Below are positions 13,740 through 22,699 of a stretch of DNA of 64,000 nt, in pieces; positions within the stretch are counted from its first letter, which is position 1, and every line of letters begins with the position of its first letter. Below the pieces are notes generated by a model that saw only the letters and a list, made by a program, of their open reading frames with translations, searched no databases and was not told the origin of the DNA. The DNA is from Haliotis cracherodii (Eukaryota). Where the stretch lies: positions 52,390,001 through 52,454,000 of the forward strand of contig NW_027266264.1 of the NCBI RefSeq assembly GCF_022045235.1. Direction: 5' to 3'. The position numbers and the translations under genes are program-made.

Positions 13740-14466
13740 TAGGAGCTACAACTACTGGCAGGGACAGGAATAGGAGCTACAACTACTGACAGGGACAGCA
13801 ATAGGAGCTACAACTACTGGCAGGGACAGGAATAGGAGCTACAACTACTGGCAGGGACAGGAATAGGAGCTACAACCACTGGCAGGGACATGAATAGGCG
13901 CTTAAACTACTGACAGGGACAGGAATAGGAGCTACAACTACTGACAGTGACATGAATAGGGATTACAACCACTGACAGGGACAGGAATATTAGCTACAAC
14001 CACTGACAGGGACATGAATAGGTGCCAAACTACTGACAGGGACCGTAGCATGAGCTACACCCACTGACAGGGACAGGAAAAGAAGCTACAACCACTGAAA
14101 TGGACAGGAATAGGAGCAACAACTTCTGACAGGGACAGGAAAAGGAGCAACAACCAATGACAAAGACAGGAATAGGAGCTACAACTACTGACAGGGACAT
14201 GAATAGGGGCTACAACTATGGGCAGGGAGAGGGGTAGGAGCTACAACCACTGACATGGAGAGGGGTAGGAGCTACAACCACCGGCAGGGACAGGTATAGG
14301 AGCTGCAACTACTGACAGGGACAGGTATAGGAGCTACAACTACTGGTAGGGACAGGAATAGGAGCTTCAACCTCTGGCAGGGACAGGAATAGGAGCTATA
14401 ACAACTGAAAGGGACAGGAATAGGAGCTACAACCACTGGTAGGGACAGGGAAAGGAGACACAACCA
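13740..14466. repeat. 31-bp minisatellite downstream of orphan gene copy 3 (shorter array)
   Basis: Same unit as arrays 1 and 2. Confidence 0.95.
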
Positions 14467-14755
14467 AGGAGGAATGAGAGTTGGGACTAGAATCAGGCTG
14501 GAACACAAGTGGGAAATGTTTAATGACAGTGATAAGGAATAGGGCTGTAAATTATTACAAACTGGAGTGATAGCGGAAGGACACAACTATTTTAAATATA
14601 GATATAATATAGATAGGACAATAAGATATAGTGTGACTAAAATAATAGCAGAAATTAAAGATAGTTCTACTCCGAATAAAACATAAAAAAGAGGTTTCTA
14701 AATTAAATGTTTCAAACATACATTAACAATGTACATCTGACCATACCTACCATAC

Positions 14756-15592
14756 CTACAGCCTGGCCCTCTTACAAACCTTCACCTCTACCTCATCATC
14801 ATCCTCATCTCTCTTTCTCTTCCTGTCCACCATCTTGTTCAGGGGTCCAGGTCTCCAGCTAGGGACTGGAAGTGGCACTCCTTGGTGGCTTAGGCTGGTC
14901 AGACTGCAGGACACATCACACTGGCTCAGGTTGGTGAAGCTGCTCACTGGGCTGACAGGGAGAGATGTGGTGCTTGAGGTCAGTCTTGGTCCATACTGAA
15001 AAGGGTCAGAGATCTTACAGAACCAGAAGTCTTTGTAAACTGTAGCTGAGAGGGTGATGCCATCTGGGAAACCTGACATGACTGATTCCAGGGATCTGCT
15101 AGGTGTGGGTCCATAGTTCAAGCAGGTGGTGCTGGAAGATGGGGAGGGAAGAAGATCATTGTAGAATTCCTCAGAATTCTTGAAAAGGGTAGAAGAGCTG
15201 GGGAAGGGGTCAGTAAGACTGGTGGAACTCAGGCTGGTCAGGCTGGAGCTGGTGCTGGCTGGGAGAGACTCATCACTTGGACTGACAGGCCAGATATCTG
15301 AAGTGGCTGACAGAAATGTTGATGTTAGATCAGGGGTGTCAAAGAATGAAGTAAATCTGGGACATTCTGGATAAAGGAAGGAGTCATGGTTTTCTTGTAA
15401 CTTGCCGATGGGGCTGTTGGGGGTGTTACTTCCAAACATGGATGATCTAGGGGTAGGGTTAGTGGGGCTGATGGACCTTCTAGTGGCAATGGAGGGGATG
15501 GCAGCATCAGTCCAAGTTGTGTGGGAGTAGAGACAGGTACAGCGAGGCTGAAAGTCACCCAGGCTCACCCAACTCTCATTGGGACACAACAT
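14756..15592 (-). CDS. Orphan 278-aa Ser/Thr/Pro-rich protein with C-terminal bipartite NLS, copy 3
   Basis: Intact ORF, about 12 aa differences from copy 2, same acceptor and ATG context. Confidence 0.7.
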   Translation of the reverse strand: MLCPNESWVSLGDFQPRCTCLYSHTTWTDAAIPSIATRRSISPTNPTPRSSMFGSNTPNSPIGKLQENHDSFLYPECPRFTSFFDTPDLTSTFLSATSDIWPVSPSDESLPASTSSSLTSLSSTSLTDPFPSSSTLFKNSEEFYNDLLPSPSSSTTCLNYGPTPSRSLESVMSGFPDGITLSATVYKDFWFCKISDPFQYGPRLTSSTTSLPVSPVSSFTNLSQCDVSCSLTSLSHQGVPLPVPSWRPGPLNKMVDRKRKRDEDDDEVEVKVCKRARL

Positions 15593-15652
15593 CTTGTGGT
15601 TCTGAAGTGTGTTAAAGATTAATTTTATTAACTGTAAGTTCATTTTACATGA

Positions 15653-15933
15653 GTGAGTGAGTGAGTTGGGTTTAATGCCGCTTTTAACAGTATTGCAGTT
15701 ATATCACGGCGTGTCAGCTTGATGTGGGAGGAAAGCCCGAAGTGATGCAGGTCTCAGATGTTTACCACTTCGGTGAAACCCACGAGCACAGGTATGGAGC
15801 TGACAAACTTAGAAACATAATCGGGGCGAACCGGGATTCGAACCCACAATCATAGGTTTCTGGCGTGCCCAAGGGACGCAACTCTGCACAGTGAATCGCG
15901 GCGCTTTAGACGACTGGGCCACCCGTGCCCCCT
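15653..15933 (-). mobile_element. tRNA-derived SINE (family A, V-domain-like) in the 5' intron of copy 3
   Basis: A box TGGCCCAGTCG, B box GGTTCGAATCC, (ACTC)n tail. 11-bp TSD ATTTTACATGA (15642-15652/15934-15944); empty site present in copy 2. Confidence 0.92.
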
Positions 15934-17115
15934 ATTTTACATGAAAAATCAAGAGACATGTATTTAAAAATAATATGCTTTTAATGTCATTGGTTTATTT
16001 TAAAAGGAACTTCAGGTAATGTCTTATTGTCTACGCATTTGAAGTTTCAAGATGGGCAATGTCTAATACTAATGCCTAAATCACTTGAATTACCTTCGCA
16101 GTTGAACTCTCTTGCACCAACTCAAGATTATACTAGAGTACTCAACTCCAGACTCAAGTCTCACAAGAGAAATCTGTAAAATAAAACACATGCATGTATG
16201 AACATGTGACTGTGTGAAATAAATTCATCAGTGAATGATTGGATGATTTTTCAGTAACTGTTTTATTCCAACCTCAAACCTGTTAAGAAGGGCCTCATTC
16301 TCACATTAGGTGTTTGTCACTATAATGCCAAGGTAGGTCCTGCACTGATGCACTAACCAGGCCTTGTGTAAATAAATAGGTTTAAATACATGACAAAACA
16401 TGAGATGGCAGGCTAGATAAAAAGCCATGTGAATGACCAAATTAAAACCCGAATCCAGCCTTTCATTAATTAATTACTGATATGACATAGGACAGTCCGC
16501 CAACCAAATGGAAAGGGGAAGACATACACTGGTGCTACAAAGATACATGTAGGGCCAAGTATCGCTGTCAACATGTTGTAACAGATCAATTACAAAAGAA
16601 CCGTCAAAATACATATTATCCAACTAGAAGCCCTGGGCTTTTCTTATGTGCAATCGGGATTACTAAATGTCTGTTTTGAATAGGCCTACTGCATGTTTAG
16701 CCCCTAGATTCATATTTCAACCATGTAGATTTAAACATCCGGGTATAGGCCTAGGGATGATGTCAAAACCCCAGTCGGCCTGTTGGCCTGTGTCTTACGG
16801 TAAAAAATGTATGTAGAAGCTTACATTACATGGACATTTAGTCATTACAATGTAGAGTTCTAGTGGGTCAAGTAAGGACATTTTGGCTGTTGTCAAGGAT
16901 GACTTGTTACGTTTAAATTGACAACAAAGGTAAATGTGGGAACATTGGAGCAACAGAAAACTATATCTACACAGGAAATACGTTTAGTTACCTTACTGCG
17001 GTAAGAAAAAAGTACAGGAACTCAAATATATCGACGAAACTTTCAAAAGAGCAGAGGTGTGATAGCAATGATACGCTTCGGTAAACGAAGATTCGTAAGA
17101 GCCGGGCTTGAACTT

Positions 17116-17144
17116 GGCAACCGTTACCCTAGCAACACCGGAAC
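17116..17144 (-). promoter_or_regulatory. RFX X-box (17123-17136) + ETS core; promoter of copy 3
   Basis: GTTACCCTAGCAAC-A-CCGGAA identical to copy 2. Confidence 0.6.
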
Positions 17145-17344
17145 TGACATTTTTTTTTTAAGATATATCGTAAGTGAATGAATGAAATATTTAGAATAAC
17201 AACAAAGTGAAATTCCCCGAAAATACAAAAGTAAAATATAGAAAACTTACCCTTTCCTAAATATAATTCCTAAAAGGGAGCCTACTCTGAAAGTTATAAA
17301 AAGTTACCTCCCTTTGCAAAGCCGCTAAAAAATAAATATATTAA

Positions 17345-17630
17345 CCCTCTGGATGCCGAGTCTTTTTTCTGACGCACATTTTCCTAAGATCGGAAAAGTG
17401 AAGGTTGAGAGAGAATTGCGCCCACGCGCACTGGATGTACTCCTGGCTATAAAATTGAGCAGAGGTGGGTAATATTAATGTTCCAATTTGATGGTGTAAA
17501 TTTAACTGCAAATATTAAACCGGTTTTAAAAAAGACACTTCTAAGTGTTTTCCGAGAATTTATTCTGCAAGGAAAAACAGTTAATTTCTCCGCTTTTTAT
17601 CGTACACAGATAAAAGTAATGTGCTTTATT
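17345..17630. mobile_element. piggyBac-type transposon end fragment at the inversion breakpoint
   Basis: TTAA|CCCTCTGGATGCCGAG starts exactly where homology to the copy 2 upstream flank (TTAA at 7801) stops; partner end not found. Confidence 0.55.
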
Positions 17631-18936
17631 TTACAGCATAAAGCTACAATCAATTGTTCACTGTTGTAACAAAACTGTACGTAGATCACAGTAAAACGTG
17701 TACTGTACAAATGATATGCTCCATGACTACAAAGCAATTTCATTGAGAATATTTCATTGTTTACCATGTTTACAGTAATCATACAATTATGCATTCGGTC
17801 CAGATTACAGAAAAACATCTGGTGTGGTATTCTCTTGGCTGCATCAGATGGGATGTCCCCAGTATGTGATAACAAAGCAACACTGATTCTAAACACTTCA
17901 AACACAACTGGACATATTTGATGGTCTGATAAAACTAACTTCATCCATATCCCAACACTCGGCCAACCAATAAAATACATCCTTCATAGATATGATTTGA
18001 CCGTATAACAACCAGAATGAATCTGGCACGGAGACCTGACCAGCATGGTGAATGAGTGGATGGTTTTACGCCGCTTTCAGCAATATTCCAGCCCTATGAC
18101 GAGGGAAAGCTGAAACCACTAGACAACCTCACCGCCCTGACCAGCATGGTGGGACTCCGAGAGCCGCTGCATTACCTCAAGTCGTCTCCAAGCTTGCCAA
18201 GATGACTCCAGTGCTAACCAGCTCACCGATATTGAGTGAATGAATGTTGCTTTGCACTCATCGACACTATTCCAGCCATGTCATGTAAATAAACAAGCCT
18301 GGAGCTGGCAAACTAGTTTCTGAAAGCATGAACAAGGATCACATTGCCTGACCACAGATCCCCATCTTTGCTGGCTTCTTCAGAGTCCACAAAGGGATAT
18401 AGCAGAATGTCTATCATTACCTAGGGATTACTACAGCCATGGTGCTGTGGTGGTTTGTGAAATATCAACAGATACAGCAGGGGAAACTGATTTACCGCAA
18501 AGAAAATCCATTTACATCGTAACAAACTGAAGGCCTAGAAAACATCTTATTCAACAGTATGTATCAACATTTCCTCAGTGACACAAATCTATATCTCAAC
18601 AAAGTAAACCATAGTAGATAGCAGGTTAGTATATATGGTGCACATGGTGTACTTCAGATCACTTTGTCATGTGATGTGTGGATCAGAAGGGGCCATCAGC
18701 TAGAGGCTGATATAAGTATTTTCATTCATCCTGCGAGTCTTGGCACTAGGTTCCCCTGGAACTGCTGCCTGAAACTCGGCATCCTGACTGTTATGGAATC
18801 CAGACAACCCTGACCCCAGACTGACAGCTTGATCCAGATGATGGTGTGCTGTATTGGAGGTCAAGGTCAAGTTTTGTGAACTGTGACGTTGATGCGAGTG
18901 AGTCTGTGAGTTGAGCACGTCAACCTGTGCAACCTG
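17631..18936 (-). pseudogene. Duplicated SIRT6 3' end: last 77 codons + stop (18700-18933) and 3' UTR/flank
   Basis: Direct paralogue of ~29130-30077; frame intact ([13 protein letters not shown]...TYISL*). Confidence 0.9.
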
Positions 18937-18984
18937 ATGGAAAGCGAACTCTTAGTGAACTCTACATGGAGGCATTTTTAGGAA

Positions 18985-19153
18985 TGGAGTGAGTGAGTGA
19001 GTATGGTTTTACGCCGCTTTTAGCAATATTCCAGCAATATCACGGCGGGGGTCAACAGAAATGGGCTTCACACATTGTACCCATGTCGGAATCGAACCCG
19101 GGTCTTCGTCGTGACGAGCGAACGCTTGAACCACTAGGCTACCCGCTCGCCCC
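18985..19153 (-). mobile_element. tRNA-derived SINE (family B)
   Basis: A box TAGCCTAGTGG, B box GGTTCGATTCC, (ACTC)n tail, 9-bp TSD TTTTAGGAA (18976-18984/19154-19162). Confidence 0.92.
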
Positions 19154-20177
19154 TTTTAGGAAAAGAGAGTTGGTTGTCAATTATTCATTATCTGGAACCA
19201 GCGTTTCAATTGATTTACACTTGGAGTAGACAGAACTATTTTTTGTCGGAAAACATGTGTTGCCAGCTGGGTTCAAACCTGCATTATTTGATTTGAAGAC
19301 GTCTAATTGTCGTCCTGAGCTGCGGCGATACTGACAGAGAGTGCGGTCTGAAATTAAACTTTTAAATATTTTGAAATATTTGCATAATCTTTAAATCTAA
19401 AAAAACATAATATGTATATTTATGTTGCATTACAGTGGGTTACCTATAACAATGTTCATATTTAAAGCAATTTGATAAACCTTTAAATTGACGAGAGGAA
19501 AATCAGGTGAACTTAGCTGAGGCAATGTAGAATCATTCTAGACTTGAGTTGGACTTTTTAACATTTATTCTCTAGTGTCAGGGAGATAGACTATGTGAAA
19601 GTGTAAAAGTAGGGATATGTTTTAAGTAGGGGAATGTTCTCGTAACTCTCCAATAAATAATGAGGATATCTTGTTTGTGTAAGTTGATGCACATTTGATG
19701 TCATTGTGTATCTCAGCCCATAGACGTATAGAGAGATATTTCACCATCTTTGGAAAACGTCCCTTACTTAACCATTAACTTAGATGCATCAGTATTGTTG
19801 CACAATCTTTCATGAGAATATATTAAAGATGTTTACATTTACCAAGTACCACTATTACATCTAAGTGCATCTTATATGTATGAAAACGGACAAGCCAATT
19901 AGAGACTATTTTCTTGGTAAAACTGACTTTCGAAACATTTAGCTCAACATATAGTTTCTTGGTTTTATATATATCTACTCGTTTTTTAATTTTTTAGCGG
20001 TATTGCAAAGGGAGATAACTTTTTATAACTTTCAGAGTAGGCTCCCTTTTAGGAATTATATTTAGGAAAGGGTAAATTTCTGTATTTTATATTTGTATTT
20101 TCGGGGAATTTCACTTTGTTTTTATCCTAAATATTTCGCTCATTCTCTTAAGTTCTACAGAAAAAAAAAAATGTCAA

Positions 20178-20206
20178 TTCCGGTGTTGCTAGGGTTACGG
20201 TTGCCA
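20178..20206 (+). promoter_or_regulatory. ETS core + X-box variant (GTTGCTAGGGTTAC 20185-20198); promoter of copy 4
   Basis: One substitution relative to copies 2 and 3; followed by a conserved donor region CAGTAAG|GTAACT at ~20330. Confidence 0.55.
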
Positions 20207-21159
20207 AGTTCAAGCCCGGCTCTTACGAATCTTCGTTTACCGATGCGTATCATTGCTATCACACCTCTGCTCTCTTGAAAGTTTCGTCGATATATTTGAG
20301 TTCCTGTACTTTCCACTTACCACAGTAAGGTAACTAAACGTATTTCCTGTATAGATATAGTCTTCTGTTGCTCCAATGTTCCCAGATTTACCTTTGTTGT
20401 CACTTTAAACGGAACAAGACATTCTTGACAACTGCCAAAATGTCCTTTCTAGACCCACTAGAACTCCACATTGTAATGATTAATCTCCACGAAATGTAAC
20501 ATTCTACATACATCCTTTACCGTAAGACACAGGCCAACAGGCTGTGTGGGTTTGTAACACTATCTGTAGGCCTATAAACCTACCCAGATGTTTGAGTCTA
20601 CATGATAGAAATATGAATGAATCTAGGGGCTAAACATGCAGAAACCTAAAGAGACATTTAGGGGCCTAGTAATCCCGGTTTCCAGTTGGATAAAATGTAG
20701 TTTGACAGTCCCTATCTTTGTGTATTGTAGGGAAGAATAATATGTTATTCTTTTCCAATTGACCTGTTACTACATGTTGACAGCAATACTTGGCCCTACA
20801 TCTGTCCTACCCAATTTCTTTTGGTTGGCGGACTGTCTTATGTTAGTAACTAATTAATGAAAGACTAGATTCGGGTTTAATTTGATTTATCTAGACCTTC
20901 CCTGACCAACCCCCAAAGTGAGAATGAGGCCCTTTTTAAAAGGTTTGAGGTTGGAATAAATCAATTACTGAAACACACCCAGTGATGAACATGTCACTTC
21001 AGCATCTCCTTGTACATTATTGACAATTTTGCACCAGGATAATTTTGTCCCAAATTTCCTTGTTTTTGAACATCCGGTCATTCACTGATTAATTTATTTC
21101 ACAAATTCATTGGAAAAACAAGCATACCATTTCATACATGCATGGATTATATTTTACAG

Positions 21160-21239
21160 ATTTCTCTTGTGAGACTTGAGTCTGGAGTTGACTACTCTAG
21201 CATAATCTTGAGTTGGCGCAAGAGAGATAAACTGTGAAG
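21160..21239 (+). other. Putative non-coding 5' exon of orphan gene copy 4
   Basis: ATTTTACAG| ... GAAG|GTAA; both sites conserved in copies 2 and 3, and the exon is better conserved than the flanking intron. Confidence 0.55.
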
Positions 21240-21405
21240 GTAACTCAAGTCATTTTTAGGCATTAGTATTAAACATTGTCCTTCTTAAAACTTTAAAGGC
21301 CTAGACAATATCACATCACTTGAAGTTTCTTTTCTCTTGATTTTGTCTTGTAAAATTTGCTTTTAATTTATAAACTTTATCTTTAACACACTTCAGGACA
21401 ACAAG

Positions 21406-22239
21406 ATGTTGTGTCCCAATGAGAGTTGGGTGAGTCAGGATGACTTTCAGCCTCGCTGTACCTGTCTCTACCCCCACACAACTTGGACTGATGCTGTCAT
21501 CCCCTCAATCGCCACAAGAAGGTCCATCAGCCCCTCCAACCCTACCCCTAGGTCATTCATGTTTGACAGTAACAGCCCCAACAGCCCCAGCGGCAAGTTT
21601 CTAGAAAACCATGACTCCTTCCTTTATCCAGAATGTCCCAGATTTACTTCATTCTTTGACACCCCTGATCTAACATCAACATTTCTATCAGCCACTTCAG
21701 ATATCTGGCCTGTCAGTCCAAGTGACGAGTCTCTCCCAGCCAGCACCAGCTCCAGCCTGACCAGCCTGAGTTCCACCAGTCTTACTGACCCCTTCCCCAG
21801 CTCTTCTACCCTTTTCAAGAATTCTGAGGAATTCCACAATGATCTTTTTCCCTCCCCATCTTCCAGCACCACCTGCTTGAACTATGGGCCTAAACCCAGC
21901 AGATCCCTGGAATCAGACATGTCAGGTTTCCCAGATGGCATCACCATCTCAGCTACAGTTTACAAAGACTTCTGGTTCTGTAAGATCTCTGACCCTTTTC
22001 AGTATGGACCAAGACTGACCTCAAGCACCACATCTCTCCCTGTCAGCCCAGTGAGCAGCTTCACCAACCTGAGCCAGTGTGAGGTGTCCTGCAGTCTGAC
22101 CAGCCTAAGCCACCAAGGAGTGCCACTTCCAGTCCCTAGCAGGAGACCTGGACCCCTGAATAAGATGGTGGACAGGAAGAGAAAGAGAGATGAGGATGAT
22201 GAGGTAGAGGTGAAGGTTTGTAAGAGGGCCAGGCTGTAG
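21406..22239 (+). CDS. Orphan 277-aa Ser/Thr/Pro-rich protein with C-terminal bipartite NLS, copy 4 (inverted)
   Basis: Intact ORF; acceptor AG at 21395-21396; A at -3 of the ATG; differs from copy 3 by ~18 aa and one in-frame codon deletion. Confidence 0.72.
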   Translation: MLCPNESWVSQDDFQPRCTCLYPHTTWTDAVIPSIATRRSISPSNPTPRSFMFDSNSPNSPSGKFLENHDSFLYPECPRFTSFFDTPDLTSTFLSATSDIWPVSPSDESLPASTSSSLTSLSSTSLTDPFPSSSTLFKNSEEFHNDLFPSPSSSTTCLNYGPKPSRSLESDMSGFPDGITISATVYKDFWFCKISDPFQYGPRLTSSTTSLPVSPVSSFTNLSQCEVSCSLTSLSHQGVPLPVPSRRPGPLNKMVDRKRKRDEDDEVEVKVCKRARL

Positions 22240-22699
22240 GTATGGTAGGTATGGTCAGATGTACATTGTTAATGTATGTCTGAAGCATCTATTTCAGTAA
22301 AATTAATTGCTATATTTTCAGTTCTCTACATTTAGCTTGCTTTGAATTGAAATGACTTTACTTGCTGCTATTATTCTTGTCATTTTGTGTGATATTGTAA
22401 TACGTTTCATCTTTACTTAACTTTTCAAAATAGGTGCATGCTTCCTCTATAATTGCCAATGTGAATGTCACTACTCTAGTTTGTAATAACTAAAGCCCTA
22501 TTCTTATCATTGTCTATAAACTGTGTTCCAATCAGCAATTGCTTCCTCTCATTGTTATTCTTCAGATCACGTCATTAACAGTCCTGCTGTTTCTCCCACT
22601 GTTCACAACATAGTGAACCTACATTGTTGTCACTTTCCATGCCACTGATTCTATCTCCTATTCCTGACCCTTAATTCTAGCCCCCCTTCATTTATTCAT

